Positions 1 to 8,840 of a stretch of 64,000 nucleotides of DNA are shown one piece after another; position 1 is the stretch's first letter, and each line of letters starts with the position of its first letter. A program made the translations under genes and the position numbers. The notes below the pieces were generated by a model. The model saw only the letters and a program-made list of their open reading frames with translations. It had not been told where the DNA came from and made no database searches. This DNA is from a virus. Location: positions 3,750-67,749 of the IMG/VR virus record IMGVR_UViG_3300032895_000002; one strand, 5' to 3'.

Positions 1-408
1 GATCTCCGCGAAGTACGCGCCGGCCGCGAGCCTGTCGGGGGTGACGGTGGCCTCCTGGCCGCCGATGACGTTGACGATGGACGAGCTTTCGATCAGGGCG
101 CCAGCCGGCACGAACGGAGGCGTCGAACCGGTCGAGGTCCAATCGCTGAGGCCGAGGACGCCGCCGACGATGCGGGCCGAGCCGATCGCGCTGTCGGACA
201 TGGAGACGGTGACCGTCTCGCTGACCGGCAGGGTGAACTCGAAGAACTGCTCGAACGCGGAGCCGCTTCCCGGGGTGTTCTCAGCCGGCAGGGGCACGCT
301 CTCGTTGAACAGCGTTCCGATGTCAGCGACGTTGATTTGCGTGATCGCGTGCGCCGGGCTCACGCCGAGCGCCGCCAGGAACGCGCCCGTCAGCAGCAGC
401 TTGTTCAT
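1..408 (-). CDS. Secreted protein, PEP-CTERM/FxDxF-like (3' end outside window)
   Basis: Not in ORF track. Manual translation MNKLLLTGAFLAALGVSPAHA-ITQINVADIG...FEQFFEFTLP shows a signal peptide with AHA cleavage site; GGGAG RBS. Sorting motif not visible. Confidence 0.6.
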   Translation of the reverse strand, partial: MNKLLLTGAFLAALGVSPAHAITQINVADIGTLFNESVPLPAENTPGSGSAFEQFFEFTLPVSETVTVSMSDSAIGSARIVGGVLGLSDWTSTGSTPPFVPAGALIESSSIVNVIGGQEATVTPDRLAAGAYFAEI

Positions 409-495
409 TGGCTCCCAACCCTTCCCCGAAAACGCTCCGCGCGGCGGAGAGGAGTTGCTTCTCCGGCTTATACGGCTGGCGCGACGGGCGAAGGT

Positions 496-978
496 CTAGC
501 GTGAATACTGGGCTTCGACAAGATGCACGGGGTCGGCAAGTTGTCCGGCGCGCAACTCAACGGCGACCTGGCGGCCGAGCAGATCGATCAGCACCAGCTC
601 GCGTTCGCGCGGCGACATGCCGGCGTAGATCGCGGTGAACGCGCCGATTCGGACTTTCGCGCCTGGCGGGATCGGCCGCCGGCGGCTAGGCGTCCGTGGC
701 AAGCGGACCAGGCCGCGAGAGTCGATTCGACTCTGCAACGCCTCGATCTCGCCGTCCGGGCATTTTGCCGGCGCGTCGCCGAACTTGATCAGGCCGAGCA
801 CGCCAACGGTGCGATCGACGATCCGCCAGCGGTCGATGATCCGCACGAACAGATAGCCGGGGAACAGCGGCCCGCTCTTGGCCTTCGGGACGAACACCTC
901 GAAGCCGGCCACCTCGAGGCGGCTGGCGGCGAAGGCCTCGCGCCTGACAAGCGTGCGAGCGACCGCCCAATAAGCCAT
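496..978 (-). CDS. NusG/RfaH-family transcription antiterminator
   Basis: YWAVART...LFPGYLFV...GVLGLIKFG NGN domain plus KOW-like C-terminus. Confidence 0.85.
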   Translation of the reverse strand: MAYWAVARTLVRREAFAASRLEVAGFEVFVPKAKSGPLFPGYLFVRIIDRWRIVDRTVGVLGLIKFGDAPAKCPDGEIEALQSRIDSRGLVRLPRTPSRRRPIPPGAKVRIGAFTAIYAGMSPRERELVLIDLLGRQVAVELRAGQLADPVHLVEAQYSR

Positions 979-1039
979 GGGCGCGGAAAACATCGATAAA
1001 TCAGGCGGCCGTCAAATCGGGATTATGCCGGCGAGATGA

Positions 1040-1546
1040 TCACGCGTCGGCGATCGCGCACTCGAGCGAACAATAAACCGCCGGGCCGCGATAAGGCTTA
1101 CCGCAGCAGTCGCAGGCGCGCTCAGGGAAGCGGTCGTCGCGATAGCTCGCCGGCGGGTCGTCGACGAAGGCGTGGCAGCGACCGCAATAGCGCTCGCGGA
1201 TGTCGTTCGGATTGAAGCTCTCGGCGCCGCAGCGCGGGCAGACGAACGAGGCGCGCGGCGGCTGACACGCGCTGCACAGGTCCGGCTCGACCCAGGCGCA
1301 AGGCCGGCCCGTCTTTTCGACGCACTGGCGGCAGTCGTCGTCGGTGCAGCCGCATACCCTGCATTTCCTCACGCCGTCCGGCGCGTTGAGGTCAGCGAAC
1401 AGCTCATCGATGCTGTTGAACACCGCTGACCCGGCCGCATCGCAACAGCTGGCGACGCCCGAGCCGTCGCAGTCGATGCAAGGGCGGTCCTCGCCCAATA
1501 GCGTGTTCCGGTAGACGCCTTTGCCGTGGCAAGTCTCGCAGATCAT
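1040..1546 (-). CDS. Cys-rich multi-zinc-finger protein
   Basis: Many CxxC motifs (CETC, CIDC, CRVC, CRQC, CSAC, CPRC, CGRC, CDCC); ATGA overlap with upstream gene. Confidence 0.65.
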   Translation of the reverse strand: MICETCHGKGVYRNTLLGEDRPCIDCDGSGVASCCDAAGSAVFNSIDELFADLNAPDGVRKCRVCGCTDDDCRQCVEKTGRPCAWVEPDLCSACQPPRASFVCPRCGAESFNPNDIRERYCGRCHAFVDDPPASYRDDRFPERACDCCGKPYRGPAVYCSLECAIADA

Positions 1547-1872
1547 GCTTTGTCCGGAATGGTTAGGATGGGCGTCGGCTTGAACACCTGCTGAACCCAG
1601 CGCGCGTGCCCCTCCTCGGCCTCTGCCCAAGTCGCGTAGCGCTCCTGACCGGCGCCCTCGTGGCCAACGAACGCCACGGTCTCGAATACGATGGGCGGCC
1701 CGCGGCTGAAGAAATTATGATTGACGCCGAGGAACACGGTGCTGACCCACACGTCGCCTTGCTCGGATAGGCGCACGTGGCGATCAGCAGTCTCCATCCA
1801 TCGGCCCCAAATCTGAAAATCGGGCTCCTCGACCGGCTCGCGGTCAACCAGGATATAGGTAAGGGGGATCAC
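1543..1872 (-). CDS. Phage hypothetical protein
   Basis: Coupled ORF with VSTVFLG..H...FET motif. Confidence 0.7.
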   Translation of the reverse strand: MIPLTYILVDREPVEEPDFQIWGRWMETADRHVRLSEQGDVWVSTVFLGVNHNFFSRGPPIVFETVAFVGHEGAGQERYATWAEAEEGHARWVQQVFKPTPILTIPDKA

Positions 1873-2150
1873 GCGCTGTCCAGCTCATCGACAATTTCCG
1901 CGCCGGTCCAACACACCGGCCACGGCGCCTCAGCCTTGTCGACGCCGATGTAATGCCAAACCTCCTCGCCGTTCTGGCTATAGCCGTCGAACCTCGCGGG
2001 TTGCCGCCGCTGGGTCCAGTGATTCCGCATCGCTTCGTACATGGCCTGATCGCATTCCCGGCCCTCGAATCCGGGCGGCGTAAAATCGACGTCGAATTCA
2101 GGGATGACCCAATAGAACGATCCCGGTTTTAGCTTCGGCTCCTCGGCCAT
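1869..2150 (-). CDS. Hypothetical protein
   Basis: GAGGGAG RBS; coupled to next gene. Confidence 0.65.
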   Translation of the reverse strand: MAEEPKLKPGSFYWVIPEFDVDFTPPGFEGRECDQAMYEAMRNHWTQRRQPARFDGYSQNGEEVWHYIGVDKAEAPWPVCWTGAEIVDELDSA

Positions 2151-2271
2151 CGCTCCCTCGACAGAGGCTCACAGGCGGCCCTAGGGCGGGCCTTTGGCGT
2201 CACCCGGCCCGGGAACACCCGGCCGAGCCCGCGGCGGCTGTCCTGGGCCAGCTCTGGCCCGCCGCTACGGC

Positions 2272-2553
2272 CTAACGGGCCAGCGTCTCCATGACGGTGA
2301 CCGGCGAAATCTTGGCGCGGACGAGGAAGCGCAGGAAGCGCGCGACCGGCGCCGGAACCGGCGTGCCCTCGATCCACCGGCGGGGCGTGCGCTCGTTGAC
2401 GCCCAACAGCCGGGCGGCGGCGGTTTGCGACAGCTCAAGCTCCTCGATGACGGCGAGGAATTCGGCGGCGGTCATGTCATCTGGATTTCGCCGGCGGCGG
2501 CCGACCGGCGTCAGATGGGGCGTGAATTGGCGAGGCTTGGCGGCGCGACTCAT
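2272..2553 (-). CDS. Small HTH transcriptional regulator
   Basis: LSQTAAARLLGVNERTPRRW HTH. Confidence 0.8.
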   Translation of the reverse strand: MSRAAKPRQFTPHLTPVGRRRRNPDDMTAAEFLAVIEELELSQTAAARLLGVNERTPRRWIEGTPVPAPVARFLRFLVRAKISPVTVMETLAR

Positions 2554-2735
2554 CCGAGCGCGCCCACTTTGGCGGCCACGCGCAAAAGCAGCCAGAGAGC
2601 CGGCGCGCCGAGAATAACGATGACGGCGTAAACGCCACCGACCATCCACGTGAGAAGATTCAGCTTTTGCTCAAGGCCGGCGAGCCGTCCCCCGATCGGG
2701 TCGAGCAGCGCGATATCGTCGGCGTGCGCGGTCAT
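2550..2735 (-). CDS. Small membrane protein
   Basis: Short coiled segment followed by a hydrophobic helix. Confidence 0.55.
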   Translation of the reverse strand: MTAHADDIALLDPIGGRLAGLEQKLNLLTWMVGGVYAVIVILGAPALWLLLRVAAKVGALG

Positions 2736-3058
2736 CAGCGCCGCTCGCTCAGTTCGCGGACCATGCGCTCGACCACGCTAAGGCGCGCCTCAAGCTCGTC
2801 CTCGCGGCTCATGGTCTTGTTGACGTCGGCGTGTAGCGCCTCGATCTCGCCCGAGGTCACCTGAATCGCGGCGAGATCATTGACCGCGACTTTGATCTGT
2901 CGGCTTTCCTGGCGCAGTCCATCGACGGCGCGATGCAAAAGCGGGATTCCGGCGACCTGCGGCGCCATGGCGTCGACCGATCGGCGCACTACGGCGAGTT
3001 CATCGCGGATAGGCGTTAGCTCGCGGCGGAGAATTTCAGTCAGCTCGTCAGCAGTCAT
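2735..3058 (-). CDS. Coiled-coil hypothetical protein
   Basis: RBS-like AGAAGGGG before MTADEL; heptad pattern. Confidence 0.6.
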   Translation of the reverse strand: MTADELTEILRRELTPIRDELAVVRRSVDAMAPQVAGIPLLHRAVDGLRQESRQIKVAVNDLAAIQVTSGEIEALHADVNKTMSREDELEARLSVVERMVRELSERR

Positions 3059-3089
3059 GTCCACACCCCTTCTATCCGCTTCATTGCCC

Positions 3090-3106
3090 TCGGGCAAGAT
3101 GCCCTA
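3090..3106. promoter_or_regulatory. Operator family A (TAGGGCA-N3-TGCCCTA), one mismatch
   Basis: TCGGGCA-AGA-TGCCCTA. Confidence 0.65.
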
Positions 3107-3155
3107 GATTTCGTCCTTTCAGAGTGGAACGGGCGACCGCGCCCGCGTCTCTGAC

Positions 3156-3184
3156 GACATAGGGCAAAACGCCCTAGGGCGCAA
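3156..3184 (-). promoter_or_regulatory. Sigma70-type promoter with operator A in the spacer
   Basis: Minus strand TTGCGC-17nt(CCTAGGGCGTTTTGCCC)-TATGTC. Confidence 0.7.
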
Positions 3185-3198
3185 GGCCGGCGCGGCGA

Positions 3199-3774
3199 TT
3201 ACGGGACTTTCCCGGTCCCGAGCGCCTGCATCACCTCGCCGATGCTGTGCGTCGGCCCGACAAGGTTGCTCTCCGCCTCATGCCACTGGCCGTCGTCGCT
3301 CAGGCTCGGCGGGAAGATGACGAAGCCGGCGGTGTCGGAATAGCGCACCAGGCCGGCGACGCCCTCAGCGATCGCCCGCCGTTGCAGCCAAGCGCGCAGG
3401 GCCGGGTCGCGGTGCGCGTCGGGGTGAGAGGGATCGACCCAAATCTGCACGACCGGGATCGGCGTCCGCTTGCCCTCGCCATCCTGCAGGGTGACGTACT
3501 CCGGCATGATGTCGAGGACGTAGTGCGAGCGGTCCGGGCGCCGGAGATCGCCGGCGTCGTCGTTGACCAGCCAGCGGCACGACCACAAGCGACATTCGGG
3601 CGAGACGCGCCCGAGCTGATGATAGACCTTGCAGCCGCGGGCGTGACTCTGATGGCGGCAGCGCTCGCCGGCGCCCTTGTCGAGCGAGCGCACCGGCAGG
3701 AGCTTGCAACACAGCTGACAGTCGCCGCACTGCCGCGCCGGCCGGCCCGGCGCGGTTTCGATGACCAGCGTCAT
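3199..3774 (-). CDS. CxxCxxCC (YkgJ-like) cysteine-cluster protein
   Basis: CGDCQLCCK...C.H...C.VY...C..W.C.W. Confidence 0.7.
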   Translation of the reverse strand: MTLVIETAPGRPARQCGDCQLCCKLLPVRSLDKGAGERCRHQSHARGCKVYHQLGRVSPECRLWSCRWLVNDDAGDLRRPDRSHYVLDIMPEYVTLQDGEGKRTPIPVVQIWVDPSHPDAHRDPALRAWLQRRAIAEGVAGLVRYSDTAGFVIFPPSLSDDGQWHEAESNLVGPTHSIGEVMQALGTGKVP

Positions 3775-3929
3775 GAAAGCCACCGGCCAAAGGCTATGCC
3801 GGCGGCGAACGCGACCGCGAGCGCCAGCGCGATTTGCCGCGCCAGCGCGCGCTCGTCGCGCCACGTGTTGAACAGGCTCAACAGCACGGCGAAGATCGCG
3901 AACGCCAAGGCGGCGTCGTTGAGGGTCAT
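3771..3929 (-). CDS. Small membrane protein (52 aa)
   Basis: Not in track; MTLNDAALAFAIFAVLLSLF...; ATGA overlaps at both ends. Confidence 0.55.
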   Translation of the reverse strand: MTLNDAALAFAIFAVLLSLFNTWRDERALARQIALALAVAFAAGIAFGRWLS

Positions 3930-4180
3930 TCGCGGCCCTCGAAGATCGGCCGCGGTACGACTGCCTTGTCCAAGAACTCGTTGACGTCCGACAGCCGCAC
4001 CGGGATTTCGGCGATCGCGCCAAGGTGCGCCGCAGTCGGGATCGCCTTCCGGCAGATCGCCAGCGCTTGGTCGCGAGTGAACCGCCCGGCTTGGTTGAGG
4101 CCGAAGCTATAGCCGTAACCGCCGGCCTGCCACCAGGCGCGATGTTCGTTGGACCAGACCAGATAAACCTCGGTTGTCAT
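3926..4180 (-). CDS. Phage hypothetical protein
   Basis: YLVWSNEHRAWW...GY......AGRF; coupled. Confidence 0.7.
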   Translation of the reverse strand: MTTEVYLVWSNEHRAWWQAGGYGYSFGLNQAGRFTRDQALAICRKAIPTAAHLGAIAEIPVRLSDVNEFLDKAVVPRPIFEGRE

Positions 4181-4539
4181 GGCTTGCGCCCCTTGAGCTG
4201 CGGCTCGATCAGTGCGTGGTAATTGATCGGGATCAGGCCACGGACGGCGGCGAGATGCAGCTCGAGCACGGCCTCGCGGAGCTGCTCGGTGGTCGCGCCC
4301 TCGGGATCGTCGCCGTCGACATGGCCGGCGAGCCACATCGCCAACAGATCGGCGAGCGCCGCGCCCTGGACCTGCGCCGACTTGCCCTTGAAGAGCGGCC
4401 TGACCGCCGCGACCAGCGCCATAGCGGCGTCGGCTTCGCCGGCGGGAGTATCGCCGGCCTGCGGCCGTTCGCCGCACTCGCACTGCCGCCACGGGCGACC
4501 GCAAATCGCGCATGGATCGTTGTCGGGGCGCGGGCTCAT
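4177..4539 (-). CDS. Hypothetical protein
   Basis: ATGA-coupled ORF with N-terminal CxxC. Confidence 0.6.
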   Translation of the reverse strand: MSPRPDNDPCAICGRPWRQCECGERPQAGDTPAGEADAAMALVAAVRPLFKGKSAQVQGAALADLLAMWLAGHVDGDDPEGATTEQLREAVLELHLAAVRGLIPINYHALIEPQLKGRKP

Positions 4540-4772
4540 GCGGCGATCTCCCGTAGGCGCTCGCGAAGCTGCGAGGCGATGTGCGGATAGGCGAATCGCG
4601 GCGAGGCGAGCGACGCCCCGCCTTGCGCCAGGCGGATCGCCGCGACGATCCGCTTGTCTGACCGATACGGTTCGAGCGCGACGGCGATCTCGCGATAGTG
4701 CGCGGCGGAACGTGCGGTGAAGCCGATCTCGCAGAGATCGAGGCACCGGCGGATGACGGCGCTCTCGCTCAT
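4536..4772 (-). CDS. Hypothetical protein
   Basis: ATGA-coupled ORF. Confidence 0.5.
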   Translation of the reverse strand: MSESAVIRRCLDLCEIGFTARSAAHYREIAVALEPYRSDKRIVAAIRLAQGGASLASPRFAYPHIASQLRERLREIAA

Positions 4773-5020
4773 GGCTCGTCTCGAATCACGCGCCGGGTCG
4801 AGAACTCGACGAGCCGCACCGGATAGCCGCTCGTGCGGGCGATCATCGCCGCCTGCGGCGCCAGGCTCTCGATCCGCGCCGTGTCCGCGCCGATCAGCGG
4901 CATGTGCATGTCGCCGAGTTGCATCGAGCAGACGCCCTCGCCGCCGTCCGGCTCGGTGGCGATCCATGCGTACAGGCGCTCGATCTTCTGGCCGGTGTTC
5001 GGTTTCCAGGCGGTCATCAT
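4769..5020 (-). CDS. Hypothetical protein
   Basis: Coupled ORF. Confidence 0.65.
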   Translation of the reverse strand: MMTAWKPNTGQKIERLYAWIATEPDGGEGVCSMQLGDMHMPLIGADTARIESLAPQAAMIARTSGYPVRLVEFSTRRVIRDEP

Positions 5021-5133
5021 TGTCCATCCATCTCGCCGCGCTGTTGGTCGACGGCGAGCCGGTCGAGGACGACCACGACGCCGGCGGCGAAGGCGGCGAG
5101 GCCGATCAGGATCACGATGACGCGTAGCCCCAT
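5017..5133 (-). CDS. Small membrane peptide
   Basis: Single hydrophobic helix; coupled to next gene. Confidence 0.4.
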   Translation of the reverse strand: MGLRVIVILIGLAAFAAGVVVVLDRLAVDQQRGEMDGQ

Positions 5134-5137
5134 GGGC

Positions 5138-5611
5138 TCAGCCGCGGGCTTGCAACAGATTGGCGAAGCGCCCGGCGAGCGCCTCCGGCCCGGTCGGCAT
5201 GGGTATCGGCTCAAGCGCCAAAATCCTGCGGTGCGGATCGCGCACCATCCGCCAGCAGGCGGAGCGCGCATCGCCGGCGGCGTCGAAGGCGACAGCGTAG
5301 ACGACCTCCATGCGGTCAGGCAGGCTGGCGACGTCTCTTGGCAGAGGCGAGCCTGACGGCCTCTCGGCCATCCAGGCCTCAGAGACGAACGAATAGGCGA
5401 TCGCGCCGCGCTCGCGCATCAAGCTCCGCATGATCTCGGCAAGCGCCTCCTTGGCGTCGCCGCTGCCCATCAAGGGGCCGCACGGAACAACGGTGTTGCC
5501 GGCCGGGGTGGCGAACAGAAATATCGGCTGTAAGCCGGTTTGCTTCTGCTCGATCAGAATCCGGCGGGCGTGCTCGCCCGCCAGGTCGATCATGGCGTCA
5601 AGGATGCTCAT
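5138..5611 (-). CDS. Hypothetical protein
   Basis: Globular-looking ORF in the operon (YSFVSEAW). Confidence 0.7.
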   Translation of the reverse strand: MSILDAMIDLAGEHARRILIEQKQTGLQPIFLFATPAGNTVVPCGPLMGSGDAKEALAEIMRSLMRERGAIAYSFVSEAWMAERPSGSPLPRDVASLPDRMEVVYAVAFDAAGDARSACWRMVRDPHRRILALEPIPMPTGPEALAGRFANLLQARG

Positions 5612-5802
5612 GGGCTGATGATCCGTACGGTGAGGGTCGAGCCGTCCTCGAATTGCACGACCGGATTGTCGGCGTCCGAAACATCGACGAAGTTGATCTT
5701 GAGCCAGCCCTCGCCGGGCTCGCCGTCATCGTCGAAGAGTTGCATCGTTTGGCCCTCGATCATGTCGCGGATCATCAGGCCTAAGCATTGGGTGCGCGTC
5801 AT
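5608..5802 (-). CDS. Hypothetical protein
   Basis: Coupled ORF. Confidence 0.6.
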   Translation of the reverse strand: MTRTQCLGLMIRDMIEGQTMQLFDDDGEPGEGWLKINFVDVSDADNPVVQFEDGSTLTVRIISP

Positions 5803-6020
5803 AGCTCGCCCTCCGGCAGCGGCTCATAGGCGTCGGGATACGGAACGATCTCCGGCAGGCCGTTGGCCCTACGCTGCGGATTGACGCGCGCGACGCACTC
5901 GCGGCAGATCGGCTCGCGCTCGCCGTCGACGACAATCGACGGCACGCGATGCGGGTTGAAGCCGAACGGCTGCTTGCAGCCGAGGCACGGCCCGAATGCG
6001 AACACGTAGCCGCCGGTCAT
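5799..6020 (-). CDS. Small Zn-finger protein
   Basis: CLGC...CREC. Confidence 0.65.
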   Translation of the reverse strand: MTGGYVFAFGPCLGCKQPFGFNPHRVPSIVVDGEREPICRECVARVNPQRRANGLPEIVPYPDAYEPLPEGEL

Positions 6021-6241
6021 TGGCGCACCTGCTTGATGACGACTTCGTGGATGTCATACGGGCCTTGGCAACCGACGCCGGGCTTGCCGAAGATCGCCTG
6101 GCCGCGGGTGAGCCTGATGAAGCTCTCACGATTGACGACATTCCAGACGTCCTCATAGTCGCACTCGACTCGCCCCTCGGTTTTCCAGGTCTGGCCGTCG
6201 CCGGCCGAACCGGTGATCACGTAGTCGTAGAGCTTACGCAT
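6017..6241 (-). CDS. Hypothetical protein
   Basis: Coupled ORF. Confidence 0.6.
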   Translation of the reverse strand: MRKLYDYVITGSAGDGQTWKTEGRVECDYEDVWNVVNRESFIRLTRGQAIFGKPGVGCQGPYDIHEVVIKQVRQ

Positions 6242-6440
6242 CGCCGTCGTCCTCCCAATCGTCGCCGTCGATTGGCTCGTCGGCGGGATAGTTCGGATCG
6301 GTCAGCACGTCGGGGCGATAGCCGGCGAGCTTTTCGCGCTCGCATTTCGGGCACGTGTAGCAAAGGAAAATCCCGCGCGCGTCATGCCGCGCATCGGGGA
6401 ACTCGCCAGAGCCGCACGGGCACTCTTGGAGTCTCGGCAT
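6234..6440 (-). CDS. SEC-C-like Zn-binding small protein
   Basis: CPCGSG...CPKC. Confidence 0.65.
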   Translation of the reverse strand: MPRLQECPCGSGEFPDARHDARGIFLCYTCPKCEREKLAGYRPDVLTDPNYPADEPIDGDDWEDDGDA

Positions 6441-6441
6441 G

Positions 6442-6765
6442 TCAGTATTCCTCCGCTAGCATGATGGTCAGCACCCGAGTGGTGACGGCCGGGTCGGCCG
6501 GGTCCGGCGAGCCGTATTCAAGCTCGCGGTCGTAGTAGTCGATCTTCCAGAACAGCTTGCGGCCCTTGAACTCCAAGGCGCCAAAGTCGCGCTCGCCGTG
6601 CGGGTCGTTGTCACCGTCGAACTTGTCGAATAGACGCACCAGCCCGAGGGCCAGGTGCGAGAACTCGATCCCGAGAGCGCTGACGCCGGCGGTGAACAGG
6701 ACGCGCCCGCCCGCGCCGCCGGAGCGGCGGAAGGCGTCATTGAGGGCGGCGATGGCGGCGGTCAT
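6442..6765 (-). CDS. DUF3768-like protein
   Basis: IAALNDAFR...NDPHGERDFG...WKIDYYD...RVLTIMLAEEY signature. Confidence 0.85.
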   Translation of the reverse strand: MTAAIAALNDAFRRSGGAGGRVLFTAGVSALGIEFSHLALGLVRLFDKFDGDNDPHGERDFGALEFKGRKLFWKIDYYDRELEYGSPDPADPAVTTRVLTIMLAEEY

Positions 6766-7061
6766 TGGCCCGCCTCCCGATCAATGACCGGCAGCGCCGC
6801 CTTCATCGTCTCGATCCAGACGGTGAGATCGGCGTGCGCCTGGGCGAGCTGGCCCCGCTTGTACGGCTTGCGAGTGATCGCGCTCGCCGCCGCCAGCATG
6901 CGAGTCGGCGTGTGAACACGGCTCGCCTTCATCCGGGTTTCCAGATAGAGCCCGATCGCGCCGCGCAGCGAGGCCGCGGCGAACATCCGGGTTGCATCCG
7001 GCCCGACAAAGGTCGTGAAACCTTTGCCGACCGAGATGAAGCTCTCGTCAGCGCCGCTCAT
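6762..7061 (-). CDS. Hypothetical protein
   Basis: Coupled ORF. Confidence 0.6.
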   Translation of the reverse strand: MSGADESFISVGKGFTTFVGPDATRMFAAASLRGAIGLYLETRMKASRVHTPTRMLAAASAITRKPYKRGQLAQAHADLTVWIETMKAALPVIDREAGQ

Positions 7062-7294
7062 TTGCGCGCCCCCGGCTTGCGATCGCCCTGGTCGGTGTAG
7101 TGCCACAGGCACACATCGGGCGACGTCCAGCACTCCCAAGCCATCCACGGCGCGGCGATGACCTGCCGGCCACGAATTCTCGAGTGAGGGACGAGAACCA
7201 GGCCGAGCGATCGCGCGGCCCGGTTTTGCGCGGTCGATACGGCCGCGCGAAGTTCCCCGGTGTGCCGGTTCTTAAAGACGAAGCGGTAGAACAT
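7058..7294 (-). CDS. Hypothetical protein
   Basis: ORF within the operon. Confidence 0.5.
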   Translation of the reverse strand: MFYRFVFKNRHTGELRAAVSTAQNRAARSLGLVLVPHSRIRGRQVIAAPWMAWECWTSPDVCLWHYTDQGDRKPGARK

Positions 7295-7295
7295 T

Positions 7296-7628
7296 TCACG
7301 CCGCTCCCCCTGCGTCAGGAAGCGGCTCGAAGCCGAACGAGGCGACGACGAACGCCTTGCCGTCGATCATCGCCACGTCGCCGACCGACATCGACGTGTG
7401 GCTAAGGCCCTTGCTCTCGATCAGATCGCGGGCCTCGCCGTTGGGCGACCAGATCTCGCCCTGCATCCGGCGGAAGGCGTCCTCAAGCGCCCAATCGACG
7501 CGCTCCTGGTCGACCTCGATCGTGGTCAGGAGGACATGGGTGGCGGAGAGGTTGGCGAGGTTGGGCTTGGCGCCCATGATCCCGTTACGGAACCATTCCG
7601 GCCTCATATAGTGGATGGCGAGCCTCAT
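7296..7628 (-). CDS. YodL-like protein
   Basis: HTSMSVGDV...GF motif. Confidence 0.6.
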   Translation of the reverse strand: MRLAIHYMRPEWFRNGIMGAKPNLANLSATHVLLTTIEVDQERVDWALEDAFRRMQGEIWSPNGEARDLIESKGLSHTSMSVGDVAMIDGKAFVVASFGFEPLPDAGGAA

Positions 7629-8593
7629 CGGCCCGCCTCCTGCGTGAGGGCGACGCCGGCCGCCGTCAGGCGGGCGGAGAACTTGCCGCCCTTGTCGGCG
7701 CGCACCTCGATCAGGGCGTGCCTCACCAGGCCGGCGAGGAAGCCCGGCGCCGCGCGGCCGGCGAGGCCGTGCGGAATCGCCTTCTGATCGATCCAGGCCC
7801 CGTCGCCGGCGACCTTCGCCAGCGCCTTGAGAACCAGCGCCGCGCCTTCCGAGAGGCCGCCAGACGCCGCCGCCGGCTTCGGCTCGGCCGGCTTGCGGCC
7901 CCGGCGACGCGCCGCCGCGACCGGCTGCTCGACGATGACCGGCGAGCCGTTGGCGATGGCGCGGTTAACCGCGCGCCGGACGGCGGCCTTGGCGCCGCTC
8001 GCCGGCTGCGCCGGCTCGGACGCGGCCTTGGCGCTCAGCGCCTCGGCGGCTTCTGGCGACAGCCGCGACGGGTCCGGCGCGAGCCGGGCGCCATAGAGCG
8101 CCTGATCCTGATCGGCCAGCTCGGCGGCGCGGATCGCCTCAGCGTCGGGATGGGCGCGAAGGCGGGCGAGACCGGGGGTGACGTCGCGCGCGACAGCGGC
8201 GCGCTCCGCCTCCCAATCGGCGACGACGGCCGAGCCGATCTGAACCTGCGGGTCGGTGAGAAGCTCCCGGCGGGCCTCCTCTAGCTCCGCCTCGACCTCA
8301 GCCGCGGCGTCGCGATCGGCGGCGAGCGCTTCGTTCATCGCCTCGGCGTTCGGGGCGATGATCGCCGCAGCGTCGGCCGCGGCGGCATCTTCCCGGGTAC
8401 GGCCCGGGACGGCGCCTTCCGGCCAGCGGGTGAGCGGCGTCTCGTCGACGCATACGATGCGGAAGCCGCCGCTGACGCTGGCGGTGACGACGCGGTAATC
8501 GCCTTCGGCGCATTCGCCGCGCTTGATCGCCTTGCGGATATCCGCGGAGGCGTTGGATTTGACCGTATAGGTCTTGGTGAGGTTGAGGGCCAT
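7625..8593 (-). CDS. Ala-rich protein, possible C-terminal winged helix
   Basis: First gene after the operator-A promoter; GGGAG RBS; ends ARLTAAG. Confidence 0.65.
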   Translation of the reverse strand: MALNLTKTYTVKSNASADIRKAIKRGECAEGDYRVVTASVSGGFRIVCVDETPLTRWPEGAVPGRTREDAAAADAAAIIAPNAEAMNEALAADRDAAAEVEAELEEARRELLTDPQVQIGSAVVADWEAERAAVARDVTPGLARLRAHPDAEAIRAAELADQDQALYGARLAPDPSRLSPEAAEALSAKAASEPAQPASGAKAAVRRAVNRAIANGSPVIVEQPVAAARRRGRKPAEPKPAAASGGLSEGAALVLKALAKVAGDGAWIDQKAIPHGLAGRAAPGFLAGLVRHALIEVRADKGGKFSARLTAAGVALTQEAGR

Positions 8594-8641
8594 TTTAGCC
8601 TGCTCCCGTTGCTCCAGAGCGGGCAAAATCACCCGCACTCT

Positions 8642-8670
8642 GATATAGGGCAATCTGCCCTAGGGCGCAA
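8642..8670 (-). promoter_or_regulatory. Sigma70-type promoter with operator A in the spacer
   Basis: Minus strand TTGCGC-17nt(CCTAGGGCAGATTGCCC)-TATATC. Confidence 0.75.
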
Positions 8671-8682
8671 GGTGTGCAAGCT

Positions 8683-8698
8683 TGTTTCACGTGAAACT
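8683..8698. promoter_or_regulatory. parS-like site
   Basis: TGTTTCACGTGAAACT, 15/16 match to the bacterial parS consensus TGTTTCACGTGAAACA; intergenic. Confidence 0.75.
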
Positions 8699-8735
8699 TT
8701 TCGCCGGGCGCACGATCATAGGCGAGGCTTTTCAT

Positions 8736-8780
8736 GTTGCCATTACGGCAACGTTAGGCGGACGCGGATAGGCCTGTCAA
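8736..8780 (-). promoter_or_regulatory. TTGACA promoter with operator family B (GTTGC-N7-SCAAC)
   Basis: GTTGCCATTACGGCAAC at 8736-8752; TGTCAA at 8775-8780. Confidence 0.6.
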
Positions 8781-8840
8781 CGCCGCGCCGGCCGCCAGGC
8801 GTCGGCCGTCGATTCGGAGGTTGTCTCGAGAATGGATCAG

